DNA of 64,000 nt. Source: Anaeramoeba ignava BMAN (lineage: Eukaryota; Protista; Anaeramoebae). The DNA is taken from positions 124,001 through 188,000 of the forward strand of contig JAPDFW010000077.1 of the NCBI GenBank assembly GCA_028826165.1. The letters are read 5' to 3'. This document shows, in pieces, positions 1 to 13,700 of this stretch. The position numbers were made by a program, and so were the translations under genes. The notes under the pieces were generated by a model. The model made no database searches and had not been told where the DNA came from. It worked only from the letters and a program-made list of their open reading frames with translations. The first letter of the stretch is position 1; each line of letters starts with the position of its first letter.

Positions 1-633
1 TTGAATAATTTACCTAAAAAATTAAAATTTTTGGAATCAAATATTAATCCCTATTTGAAAGATAATGATGAAGATTGGATGTTTTTTACTGAAGAAGATT
101 TGGAAAAAATGTTGATTCAAAATACAAATGAAGAAAATTTGAGTTTTTCAAAACAAAAAAGACCGACTGTTGATGATTTAGTAGATAAAATGACAAATTT
201 TGTTGAGAAAGCATCACCATTTGAAGGAGTTGAATTAAAAGAAGATGATTTAAGTGAATTTGATAGTGAAAAATTTTTTTATCATTTAAAGCAAGCAGTT
301 GGATTAATTGATGAAAATGAAAATGAATTTGGAAATGAATTTGGAGATGAAATTGAAGAAGATGATGAAATGTTAGATTATTATTCACAAATGGATCAAG
401 AACTTTCACAAACAACACTTACTGAATCATTTGATAGACCAAGAAATAATGAAAATGAAAATGAAAATGAAAATGAAAATGAAAATGAATTAAATTTAGA
501 TCCTTTAGAAATTGATTATAATCTTGTAAATAATTTACTTAAATCATTTGAATCACAAGAAGGATATGCAGGACCAACATCAAATTTAATTGGAACATTA
601 GGAATTGAATTTCCACCAAAAAAAAAGAAATAA
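1..633 (+). CDS. ECD: Ecdysoneless/SGT1 family protein, 3' part (5' end outside window)
   Basis: C-terminal DYNLVNNLLKSFESQEGYAGPTSNLIG and FVEKASPFEGVE match the conserved ECD/hSGT1 C-terminus; stop at 631-633. Confidence 0.8.
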   Translation: MNNLPKKLKFLESNINPYLKDNDEDWMFFTEEDLEKMLIQNTNEENLSFSKQKRPTVDDLVDKMTNFVEKASPFEGVELKEDDLSEFDSEKFFYHLKQAVGLIDENENEFGNEFGDEIEEDDEMLDYYSQMDQELSQTTLTESFDRPRNNENENENENENENELNLDPLEIDYNLVNNLLKSFESQEGYAGPTSNLIGTLGIEFPPKKKK

Positions 634-737
634 AATTAAAATTAAAATCAAATTTAAAATAGATTTTTTTTTTTGGAAATCAAATTAAAAAAAAAATATC
701 AAAATTGGATTGATTAAAAAAAAAAAGTAAAAGAAAT

Positions 738-2682
738 TTAAAATAAAATGTCTTCATCTTCATCTAACCATTCAGAAAGAATAGTAGGAATAGTAGAATC
801 ATCAAATTCTTGGAAATCAGAATCACTTTCTGAATCATCAGATTCAATTTCCTTTTGTTTTCTTTGGTCGATTAGATTATTATTATTATTATTATTATCA
901 TTGAAACGGGAAATCTGATTTGAAACTTGATTCTGATTAAGATTACTTTGTCCCGAAAGTAATTTCTTTTGCTCTTCAAGTTTCAAAGCCCAAAGTTTTT
1001 TTTCACGATCTTTTTTTTTAACTTTTTCTTTTTTTTTCTTTTGAATTTTTTTGAGTCTAAAAAACTCTTCACGATCTCTTTCATCCAAAGTATCGATAAC
1101 AAAACGAATAGTATTTTCTATTCTTGGCTGGATAACATGTTCAATTGCATTGACTCTTCTGTTTGTTTTTTTAATAACTTCATCCAAAGTAACAAAAGCG
1201 ACTTGAAGTGAAGCTAATTGAACAAGAAGATTAAGAGCCTCGTTGAATTTGTGTTTACAGAGCTGAATCTGCTGGCCTCCTTTGCTGATTCCCCGCAGAT
1301 CGCTTGTGTCTTGATGCTCATTTACTACTGTGAATTTTGGAATTTTTACTCCTGCTATATTTTCCATTCCGGTTTTGATTTTTGTTGTTGATTCCGTTAC
1401 ACTTTCTATTATTGAAAATGTTGAGTGTGTTCCTGCTACGTATTTCACATCCATTAGTGATGAGTGTGCTTCTTTGAAATATGCTACTATTTGTTCTTTT
1501 GTCTGTGTTTTTTAATTTTCAAATGAATTTTCAAATGAATTTTCAAAATGAATTTTCAAAATGAATTTTCAAAATGAATTTTCAAAATGAATTTTCAAAA
1601 TGAATTTTCAAAATGAATTTTCAAAATGAATTTTCAAAATGAATTTTCAAAATGAATTTTAATTTTAATTTTAATATTAATTTTAATTTTAATTTTAATT
1701 TTAATTTTAATTTTAATTTTCGAAATGAATTTTAATTTTAATTTTAATTTTAATTTTCATTTTAATTTTAATTTTAATTTTAATTTTGATTTTAATTTTA
1801 ATTTTAATTTTAATTTTCAAAATGAATTTTAATTTTAATTTTAATTTTAATTTTATAAATGAATTTTAATTTTAATTTTAATTTTGAATTTTAATTTTAA
1901 ATTTTAATTTTAATTTTAATTTTAATTTTAATTTTAATTTTAATTTTAATTTTAATTTTAATTTTAATTTTAATTTTAATTTTAATTTTAATTTTAATTT
2001 TAATTTTAATTTTAATTTTAATTTTAATTTTAATTTTAATTTTAATTTTTAATTTTAATTTTAATTTTAATTTTGATTTTAATTTTAATTTTTAATTTTA
2101 AATTTAATTTTAATTTTAATTTTAATTTTAATTTTAATTTTAATTTTAATTTTAATTTTAATTTTAATTTTAATTTTTAATTTTAATTTTAATTTTTAAT
2201 TTTAATTTTTTAATTTTAATTTTAATTTTATAAATGAATTTTAATATTAATTTTAATTTTAATTTTAATTTTAATTTTAATTTTAATTTTAATTTTAATT
2301 TTAATTTTGAATTTTAATTTTAATTTTGAATTTTAATTTTAATTATAATATTATAAATGAATTTTAATTTTAATTTTAATTTTAATTATTGAATTTAAAT
2401 TAGATTTTATAAGATTTAATGATGATGAATCATTTATTTTTTTTAAATTGAAAAATTCATTTTGAGTTAAAAATGGTTGAATGATCTTTTTGATTTTAAA
2501 AAAAGGGAAATAAAAATAAAACAGACATCAGCAATTTCATTAATCATTGAACGAAATTTTAAAGTTAAAGCATCACTCTTTTTTTTTAAAAGATTATGTC
2601 CTTTAATTGCAGCTACTAAACGTGCTCTTAAATTAGCTAAAACCATTCGAGATGGAACTACATTTAATTTTCTATCTCCCAT
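738..2682 (-). CDS. ATP6V1D: V-type H+-ATPase subunit D; exons 2682-2527 and 1502-738
   Basis: KGHNLLKKKSDAL and LDEVIKKTNRRVNAIEHVIQPRIENT..DEREEFFRLKK-type motifs; phase-0 GT (2526) to AG (1503) intron joins IAD|TKEQ in frame. Confidence 0.95.
1515..2400. repeat. Intronic satellite: (AAAATGAATTTTC)n followed by (ATTTTA)n
   Basis: Tandem 13-mers at about 1515-1660, then hexamers, filling the V-ATPase D intron. Confidence 0.95.
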
Positions 2683-2809
2683 TTTATTTTTCTTATTAAA
2701 AAAAAAAACTGAAAAATGAAAAATGAAAAATTAAAAAAATAAATAAAAAAATTTTAATTATTAATTTCATTCTAATTATTACTCATCTTTTTCTTTTATT
2801 TCTTTTTTT

Positions 2810-4995
2810 AATTTTATTCCACTTTTTATTATTAATTTATTCCACTTTTTATTATTAATTTATTTATTAATTTTATTCCACTTTTTATTATTAATTTATT
2901 TATTAATTTATTTTTTAATTTTATTCCACTTTTTATTATAAATTTATTTATTTATTTATTTATTAATTTATTTATTAATTTATTTATTAATTTATTTATT
3001 AATTTATTTAATAATTTATTTATTTATTTATTTATTAATTTATTTATTAATTTATTTATTAATTTTATTCCACTTTTATTATTAATTTTATTCCACTTTT
3101 TATTATTAATTTATTTTTAATTTTATTCCACTTTTTATTATTAATTTATTTATTAAATTATTTATTAATTTTATTCCACTTTTTATTATTAATTTATTTA
3201 TTAATTTATTTATTAATTTATTTATTAATTTATTTATTAATTTATTTATTAATTTATTTATTAATTTTATTTATTAATTTATTTATTAATTTATTTATTA
3301 ATTATTTTTATTAATTTTATTCCACTTTTTATTATTAATTTATTTATTAATTTATTTATTAATTTATTTATTAATTTATTTATTAATTTATTTTTATTTA
3401 TTCCACTTTTTTTTTTATTAATTTATTTAATAATTTTATTTATTAATTTATTTATTAATTTATTTATTAATTTTATTTATTAATTTTTATTCCACTTTTT
3501 ATTTATTAATTTTATTCCACTTTTATTAATTTATTTTTTTAATTTTATTCCACTTTTTATTATTAATTTATTTATTAAATTATTTATTAATTTTATTCCA
3601 CTTTTTATTATTAATTTATTTATTAATTTATTTATTAATTTTTTATTTATTAATTTTTTATTAATTTATTTATTAATTTATTTATTAATTTATTTATTAA
3701 ATTATTTATTAATTTTATTTATTTAATTTATTTATTAATTTATTTATTAATTTTATTTATTAATTTATTTATTAATTTTTTTTTATTTTTTTTATTAATT
3801 TTATTTAATTTATTTATTAATTTATTTATTAATTTTTTATTTTATTTATTAACTTTTTATTTATTAATTTATTTTTAATTTATTTTTTTATTCCACTTTT
3901 TATTTTTAATTTTTTTATTTATTAATTTATTATTAATTTATTTATTAATTTTATTTTTTTATTTATTTATTAATTTATTTATTAATTTATTTATTAATTT
4001 ATTTATTAATTTATTTATTTTTTTATTTATTTATTTATTAATTTTTTTATTTATTAATTAATTTATTTATTAATTTATTTATTAATTTATTTATTAAGAA
4101 TTTATTTATTAATTTATTTATTAATTTTATTTATTAATTTATTTATTAATTTTATTTATTAATTTATTTATTAATTTTATTTATTAATTTATTTATTAAT
4201 TTATTTATTAATTTTATTTATTAATTTATTTATTAATTTATTTATTAATTTATTTATTAATTTACTTTTTTATTAATTTATTTATTTATTAATTTATTTA
4301 TTAATTTATTTATTAATTTTTATTTATTAATTTTATTTATTTATTTATTTATTAATTTTAATTTTTTTATTAATTTTATTTATTTAATTTTTTTTTAATT
4401 TTATTCCACTTTTTATTATTAATTTATTTATTAATTTTATTCCACTTTTATTTATTAATTTATTTATTAATTTATTAATTTATTTATTAATTTATTTATT
4501 AATTTATTTATTAATTTATTTATTAATTTATTTATTAATTTATTCCACTTTTATTATTAATTTATTTATTAATTTATTAATTTATTTATTAATTTTATTC
4601 CACTTTTTTTATTTATTAATTTATTTATTAATTTATTTATTAATTTATTTATTAATTTATTCCACTTTTTTATTAATTTATTTATTAATTTATTTATTAA
4701 TTTTATTTTTTTTATTTATTAATTTATTTATTAATTTATTTATTAATTTATTAATTAATTTATTAATTAATTTATTTATTAATTTATTTATTAATTATTA
4801 ATTTATTAATTATTTATTTATTAATTTATTAATTTATTAATTTATTTATCAATTTTATTCCACTTTTTATTATTAATTTATTTATTAATTTATTTATTAA
4901 TTTATTTATTAATTTATTTATTAAATTTGTTTATTAAATTATTTATTAATTTATTTATTAAATTATTTATTAATTTTATTCCACTTTTTATTAAT
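2810..4995. repeat. Intergenic satellite (TTTATTAATTTA)n punctuated by TTATTCCACTTTTT
   Basis: About 2.2 kb of 12-mer units, essentially G-free on the + strand; the TTATTCCAC motif recurs throughout. Confidence 0.9.
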
Positions 4996-5059
4996 TAAAT
5001 TTAAATACATCCTTTTTTTTTGGGTTTGTTTGTTAAAAAAAAAAAAGCGTAAATAAAAT

Positions 5060-8000
5060 TTAAAAATTCATCTCTAACACTTTCCTCTGCTTGAAATAAC
5101 TCAAAAAAGAATCCAAATCATTATTATCAGTAAACAAAAAATAATAATAACTAAAATCATCTAATCTGATTCTGATCCGATTTTGATTATTGGGGAAAAG
5201 AATCAAATTAGTTTCATTGTATTTCTTAACAAACTTCAATTCTCCAAAATTAAAAACCAAAAAACGAGACATTTCGATTGTTCCTTTCCCAATCTTTGTG
5301 GACTTGTTCGAAAGAACTGTGACATCAAAAGATTTCTGAGAAACAATATTATTCAGGGATCTGCGCTGCCTTAATTGTATCGGAGTAATCTGGCAATTCT
5401 CTTTGATGAGCCGATAAAAATCATAGAATTTATTAGTATCATCCGAATTCGGAAAAAGAAGAATAATTTTTTCATCGCCAAATTTCAAATCAAGAATCTT
5501 CTGATTTTCTTGATTCACTGTGATGCTTGATTTGTCAAAGGGAAGCGTGTACGACCGAGTTTCGACATGGATTTTCAGCAACTTCTGGTTTAATGAAATC
5601 AAGGTATGTTTCAAAACATCCATTTTTTGGTTCAACAAAGAAACAGTGAATTTTTCCTTGAAATAATTTTCATGACTTGTTTTTTCGCGCTGTTTTTTGA
5701 ACAATCGGAAAAAAAGTTTTTGAGATGATTCGTTGACAAACTGAATGCTGATTGAATACAAAGTATTTTTCCATTGAATAAACGGGTGTTTTGCGACTTT
5801 CTTAGTTTCTTGTTTGGTTTGTTTGTCTTCTTCTTCTCGTTGATTTTGATTTTGATTTTGATTTTGATTTTGATTTTGATTTTGATTTTGATTTTGATTT
5901 TGATTTTGATTTTGTGCGTCATTAGGTTCTTCTTCAGGAATATAATCAAAAACAAAAATAAACGCATTTTCTGTTGTTTGATCAGGAATAAATTGAGTGT
6001 TTTTTGTAATCGCAAAACTCCATTCATTTTCAGTTGTTTGAAGCTTGATTTGCCGTTTGTTTATGATAAAAAATCCTTTTTTCATTGATTCTTGTTCTTG
6101 ATGAAGAATATTGATTTGGAATATCGGAAAATTTTGGATCGAAACATTTTGCATTTGGATTTTAAGTAAATAAAGCGAATAAATGAATTTTGAGGCTTCA
6201 TTTTCGGAATTGAACATGATAATGTAATCTCGGAATTCCTCGAGAAAAAAGTACACGATTGCCAAGCGCTGTTTTTCAACCCAAACGTTGCGAATTGGGA
6301 TGTTGAGGATGGGCTTTCCCAAAATTCTGATGTGCAAAATGGATTTTTGAAGAATAATCGAGCCAGGTCTGGACTTTCTGAACTGGTGATTCAGAACATA
6401 AACCTGGAAAGAATTGTCGTTTTCTTTGTGCTTCAGATGTATATCCTCAAACAGCAGACAGAATTTCTGGGAATCATTTCCAGAGTCAAATTGGATCATT
6501 ATTGATGATTTATCGGGAAGAATAAGAACATGATTCAAATGCTTGTTATAATTAATTACGCTCACATCATTGCGCAAATAAGTGGCGACAAAATTATTAT
6601 TTGAATAAATTGTGATTCGGTCAAAATTGATTGCCAAGTCGCAATCATATGTTTTTGTTGCTGAGGGTATAGACGCTTTAAGAATCGTATCTTTATCACT
6701 AAAAGACATGCAAACAAAAAGATCAATGTTTCTTTGCAATACTTTCTCAAACATTTCCTGTGATTTCTCGTCTTGGAAACGCAAACAAAAGTATTTGTGT
6801 TGAAAATGAATCAATGTAACTTCATCCATTCGAGTAATATTGATTTGCGGTGAATAGCAAATATAATAGGTTTGAAATGAAATGACAAGCATTTGATCAT
6901 AAAGAAGAATCAATTCGCATTCAATCCATGAAGATTCCCCCAAAATCAAGCAGTTCGAAAATGATATTTGTCTTGGGATTTTTTCTTCTTTGAAGGATTG
7001 TGGTTGAATTGAAGTTAGGTTTAATAAATGTGTTTGCGCTTGAAATGAATTTGGCGGATTTGTATCCATGTTCGATTTTTCGATCAATTCTTCTGCAAAT
7101 TTTAAGTTTTCAATTTGTTTTGATTTATTTTTTTTTTTCATTATTTTCGGGAATTTTGGGTTTGAATTTAAATCAAAATTTGAATTTGAATTTGAATTTG
7201 GAATTGGATTTGAATCAAAATCAAAATCTGAATTTGAATTTGAGTTTGAGTTTGAGTTTGAATTATGAGTTTGAATTCGAATTTTATTTGAATTTGAATT
7301 TGAATTTGAATTAGATTTAACTATTGGAATTGGTTTTGATTGAGAATCATTTTTGATATTTTTATTTAGTAATGTATTTCTTAATGTTGTTATCATTGTA
7401 TCTTTTCTTGAATCTGAATCTGAATCTGAATCTGAATTTAAATTTTGATTTTGATTTTGATTTTGATTTTGATTTTGATTTTGATTTTGATTTTGATTTT
7501 TGATTTTTGATTTTTATTTTGATTTTGATTTTTATTTAAATTTGAATTTTGATTTTGATTTTGATTTTGATTTTGTATTTTTTCTAAATCAAAATCTACA
7601 CTGAATAATTTCTTTTCTATTGAATTCTCCACAATAGTTGAATAATGTATGAAATTCTGATATTTATCATAAAGCTTCCAATTTTTATGGAGATATTCTT
7701 GGCAAACATGCTCAAAACTCAATTTAAATTCCTCAAGCTGAATATATGATTGGAAATGAATGGGAATCAAATGCACTTCATCAATGAAAAGAAAACAAGA
7801 AGATGCTTTCTTTTCCAAAGTTTTAATTCTTGAAAAAGGAGAATATTTTCTGTGAATTTTGTCCTTTTTAAATTGCAAAGTAAAATGTTCACTCCAAATA
7901 AGAATATCAATTGTTTTTTCTTTGTGATACAAATTGGGAACAACAACAATACCGCGGAATAATTTGTAGTTTGATTTCTTGATAGGAGTACTTGTATTTG

Positions 8001-10358
8001 TGTTTGGATTTGCATTTTCATTTCCTTGAGGCAAATCTTGCCATTCATAAATTGTTGGACAAACTCTTTTCAATTGAAATTTTTTTGAAGGAAGGGAGTT
8101 TGAGTCATCAAAACGAATAAATTCAGTAGAAATTGAATAAACCACAGAATCTCTTGATTTCATAAATTGCATAATTGAATTCTTGTTGATTTTGCGAATC
8201 ATATCTTTTTCGTCTTGAGTGGAAAAAACATTTTGCAAAAGAAGATTTTCTTTAGAAGATTGATTGATGTGATAGCAAGGTAAAGAATTTGAGTTGAAAA
8301 GCTTAAGACATCTGAAGATGAGTCTTGAACAATGCTCAGATTGCGTATTAAGAGAATAGACCAGAACGCCAGGAATGCATATGTCAATTGTAAAAGGACG
8401 GAAATAATGGATATTATTTGGGGAATTTTGGAAAAATGGAAAATTTGTTGTGATTTCTTGATTGTTCACATATTTCCCAAAGTTGATGAACTCGTCTTGA
8501 TCTTGCGCAAAAGATCGTTCATCATAACTCACAAGGTCTTGAATGGCAAGTTCGGAATCCTCGTCTTTGAAAGTGTTGAATTCGCTATTTGATTCCGAGT
8601 ATTCCTCATTGCTGCCATGCAAATTGAGATGAAAAATCAAATCATCTTGCCAAATAATAATTGAGGCATGCTTTCCTTTTGGAGTTATACTAAGATGATG
8701 CCGATCAAAGTGTAAAATACAAGGAATAAATACTGCTTGATTTGGAAGTTGAATTGAAGTGCAAGAAAACAGCTTTATTTCTGAAAAAACAGCGCAAAGC
8801 AAGAGCTTCAACTTCAGAATTTTTTGATAAAATACCATTTCTAACATGATGATAAAAGCCATGAACCCCAATGTAATTATTAAACATGAGGAAAATTTTG
8901 TAAAACAAATAAAGTTCTCCAGGTGTTTTTAAACGAACAGTGAATTTTATTGAATTTTCTGTTATAACATTTGCAAGTCTGCTCTTAATATCTAAAGAGA
9001 TTGAGTTTTTCTTGGAGTTTTTCAAAGTTTGAATATTTTTGGAATTTTTCGGAATTAACTTAAAATTAAGTGAATTAAATTGAATTAAAGTTGGAATGTT
9101 ATATTGTTTGTTGTGAAAATTCACTAATCCGTTCATTTGATGCAATCCTTTTGCAAATGAATGAATTACTTGTTGATCGTAAATACGTGAAAAATGCTCC
9201 TCGAAATATGAGGATGTTATCAATGTATCTATTTGAAGATGTTCAAATAGATTTTCTTTTTTGGTGTCAATTTTCTTTTTTAATATTTTTAAAATTTCGA
9301 AAATGAAGCTAATATTTTCTTGTTTTTCTTTTAGTTTTGCAAGTAATGTATCTGGTATTTTGTATTCTTTGCATGCTTCAATAAAGAATTCTATGTTATT
9401 ATTTTTATTTCTTTGAATATAAATTTTATAAATGAATTTTAAATTTTAATTTTGAAATGAATTTTGAAATGAATTTTGATTTTAATTTTGAATTTTAATT
9501 TTAATTTTGAAATGAATTTTAAATTTAATTTTGAAATGAATTTTAATTTTGAAATGAATTTTAATTTTGAAATGAATTTTAATTTTGAATTTTAATTTTA
9601 ATTTTGGAATGAATTTTAATTTTGAATTTTAATTTTGAAATGAATTTTAAAATGAATTTTAATATTAATTTTGAAATGAATTTTAATTTTAAATTTTAAT
9701 TTTGAAATGAATTTTAATTTTGAAATGAATTTTAATTTTGAAATGAATTTTAATTTTGAAATGAATTTTAATTTTGAAATGAATTTTAATTTTGAAATGA
9801 ATTTTAATTTTGAAATGAATTTTAATTTTAATTTTGAAATGAATTTTAATTTTGAAATGAATTTTAATTTTAATTTTGAAATGAATTTTAATTTTAATTT
9901 TGAAATGAATTTTAATTTGTGATCAAATGTTAAAAAGAAAAAAATTTGATGATTTTAATTTAAATTTGTAATTGAGGATTTTATTTTAATTTTAATTTTT
10001 AATTGTAATTGAGGTTTTAAATTGAGTTTATATTTGATGATTTTAATTTAAATTTGTAATTGAGGATTTTAATTTTGATTTTTAATTGTAATTGAGGATT
10101 TTATTTTAAAAAAGTTGGTTTTTTGAAATTTAAAAAAGAAAAAAATTTTTTTTTTCTAAAAATAATTTGATGAATTCTTTTTAAAATTAAAAAAGAATTT
10201 ATCAATTTTAAAATTTACAAAGTTGTTTGAGATAAAATTTTAGGATTAATTTTTTTTATAAAATGAGTAAGTTGGAAATATAAATGGGGAATATTTGTTA
10301 TATCAAGTTTTTCTTGTAAAATATTTTCAACCCAATAAATTACATTTTTATCTTCCAT
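5060..10358 (-). CDS. Large protein with N-terminal calponin-homology domain and multiple divergent PH-like domains (paralog A); one long intron (about 10220-9420) and apparent frameshifts near 9300, 8860-8760 and 7500
   Basis: ATG at 10358 gives MEDKNVIYWVENILQEKL..FIKKINPKIL, then NNIEFFIEACKEYKIP (CH-like). ORFs 8705-9223, 7438-8871 and 5060-7396 contain repeated beta-rich units ending in an FxxxxxxxxF helix, typical of PH folds. Confidence 0.55.
9430..9920. repeat. Intronic satellite (TTTTGAAATGAATTTTAA)n
   Basis: Tandem 18-mer; source of the spurious MNFNFE ORF. Confidence 0.9.
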
Positions 10359-10764
10359 TTTTATTTAATTTTTATTTAAATTTTAATTTTAAAAAGAAAA
10401 AGAAAAAGAAGAAAGAAAGAAAAAATGAAAATTTAAATTTAATTTTTTTTTCCATTTTTCTCTCTTTTCAAAAAAAAAATCTTTTACAAATTTTCTAATT
10501 TTAATTTCAATTTTATATTCAATTTTAAATTTTGATTTTAATTTTAATTTTAATTTTATATTTGATTTTGATTTTGATTTTGATTTTGATTTTGATTTTG
10601 ATTTTGATTTTGATTTTAATTTTGATTTTGATTTTGATTTTAATTTTAATTTTAATTTTAATTTTGATTTTAATTTTAATTTTAATTTTGATTTTATATT
10701 TAATTTTGATTTTGATTTCAATTTCAAATTGATTTTGATTTTGATTTTGATTTTGATTTTGATT

Positions 10765-13700
10765 TTAATTTTGAAAAACATAATATTTTTTTATCATCCT
10801 CAGAAACAAATTCTTTTCTTCAAATGAAGAAAATTCTGTTATAAAATCTTTTTTCTTAAATTGAATTCTAATTTTTTTAAGTTCATTTTTATCTTGAAAA
10901 AGTTTCAATTTGTTATATTTAAATTCATATTTTTGATCAAAAATTTCAAATTGAATTTGATTTTTTAAAAAAGTAATTTTTCCTGCTTTTCGAAATTCAA
11001 GCATAAAATTAACATGAAAAATTCCTTGATTAAATTGATTTGATGAAACTAATTCGAATATTTTCAAAAATTTCTTCATTTGTTTTTGTTTCTTAAAAGA
11101 AGCAACAAGAAGAACTTTGCTTTGTTTCAAAATTCGAACACTATTTTTATCTAATTGTTGCGTTTGTAAATTATCATTGAATCTGAATATCTTTTCATTT
11201 GGATTAAATTGACATTTAATTGATTCAAATCCAATTTCAACTTTAACTGCCTTTTGAATTAAATGAAATTTTGAATTAAGAACATTCACAATAAAATAAT
11301 AAACAGGAAAATCATCTTGATTTAAAATTTGAGTTGATTTTAATTCATTTTCTTGATCTAATATTGCACAAAATTTTTGCATTTTTTCTTCTACATTAAA
11401 TAAAAGAGTCATTTGTTCATTATTATAATAAAGTTCCAGAATTGTTTGTTGGTTTGAAACACTGGATTTATATTTAATATTCTTGATTGGCCAAATTAGC
11501 ATTCTTTTTTGTGTTTCGAATTTTAATACATTTTTTTGTTTTGTTATTGTGATTGTCTCTATGAATCCATTTTCTTCAACAATAGAAATTTGGAAACTTG
11601 TATTTTCTTCGTTTTGTTTTAAATTAGATGAATTCTCAAGATGATTTTCTTTTTTTTGGGAAAGTAATTTTAAATCGAAATACGTTCTTGTAAGACTTCT
11701 TGATTTTTTAAATGTGTTTTTTGGAGTATTTAAATTATCTTTAAATTGATTTGTTATATTTTGTGGAGTATTTAAATTATCTTGAGATTGATTTGTTATA
11801 CTCCTTCTTTGATAAACAATTTCAGATGAAAAAGAATTTTTTTGTGCAAATTTTTCAAAATCATCAAATAATTCAGTTCCATTCTTCTTTTCTTTTTCTG
11901 TTGATAAAATAGAACAATCACGTACTCCATGAGTTGGGTTTGAAAACAATTTCACAAATTCATTCATATCTTTGTTTGTCTGGAATTGAAGTTCCATGAT
12001 TCCGTTTTCTAAATGTAATAAAATATTATGCAGATAATCATGTTTTGATTTTGTAATTTCAAATGTATAAGGAATAGTATATATACCAAAAGAAGTTGTG
12101 ATTAAAATTGTGTTTTTAAGAATCATTATTCTTGCAGAGCTTGCATTTTTTTTCTTAAAAACAATTGTAATGTTGAAAGAACTAAAAAGGGAAGCAAAAC
12201 ACCCGGAAACATATTTATCATTTCTTCTTTGGAATTCTTCGATGAAATTCAAACGTTCTTGAGAGGAATTAAAAATAAAAAGAAAATACTGAATATAATC
12301 AAGTGAGAAAACAAGTTGACCATTGATTTTTTGATGCAAATAAATTAAATGAGAATACGGAAACTGAATATTTTCTTGCATTGCATTTTTGATTGTGAAA
12401 GAACCGGTTTCAAGAATAATTTCAGCAGGACTTGTTCCCAAAGTGGAAATCATCGAACAATTAAAAACAGAAGGTTTCTCTGCAATTTCCTTGATACGAG
12501 AAGCTCTTCGAGATGAAAATTCTTGGATAAAGTTTTCGCGAATCTCTGTGTTGTGCAAAAACAATCGAAGAAAGGTGTTTTTATCAAGATGGAAATTAAT
12601 TATTGAAAAATCTGGATCGGGAAGAATTTGCGAATAAACAGTATATTCAAATGAGACTTGCTTTTCGTTTGTTTGAATAAAAAAGAAATCATCTTCCAAA
12701 GATATTTTAGCAACACTTGAAAACTCATTGAAACTATTAACAACACAAAATGTGTATTTGCTTAAAGAAATATTTTGTGTATTTTCGTCTTTTGTATTCA
12801 AGTCATTGGGTTGTGTTTCCTTGAGCAAATACTTCTTCAGAAAATTTTGCATAATTTTGATGTGTTTTAAATCCGAAACCATTGCATGATATTGGGAAAC
12901 TTGAATCATTTGGAAATGCTTCTGATTTTCGACAAAATTTTCAATATCAGAGAAATAAGCTTGTTTGAAAATGCAAAAAATATTACAAATTAGATCTCTT
13001 TCGAAACTTGATTTTGCTCTCAATAAATAATAAGATGTGTTTTTCTGGATGTGTATAATAAAAAAAAGCTCTCTTGATGAATCCAGAAAGAATCGGTGCG
13101 AGTAATCGTAATTTTTCTCAAACAAAACGCGTGATTTCGAAACCAGTTTGAATTTTTCTTTTGTAAAAATAAGAGTCGCTTCTTCGGTATTTTCTGTGAA
13201 TAAAATGACGGAAAATTCTGCCTTTTGAGACTTGATTCTTTTCTGGATTTTCTTTTTGAGCTTGGCTATATATTGTCCTTCGTGATTTTTGAACACAAAA
13301 TTGTTATTTATCGTTGGGAATAAAAATTGCGATTGGAAAATTAGAGAAGAATTTGGATATTTTGGGAAATCAACAACAAATCTATTCTGGAAAGTATCTC
13401 TTGAAATTAGTGTTGATTGCGATTCAGCCATTTGGATGATGTCTTCATCATCTTTCTCCATGGGTGGCCTTTCATCAATTACTTTGAATAAATGGCCTAT
13501 TTGAGATTCTTCCTTTGGTTTTTTGAGGTTTCTTGGAAATCAACCAAAAAATTTGAGAGTTGATCATCAAGAGCTTGAGTGACAGAATTACTAAACACTT
13601 TCAAACAAATAAAAATAAGCCGAGTTTGTGTGGATTTTATGTTGTAAAAAATGAGGAATAATGGAGTTTCGTTTGGTTGGTTGTGATTTTGAACAGTCAT

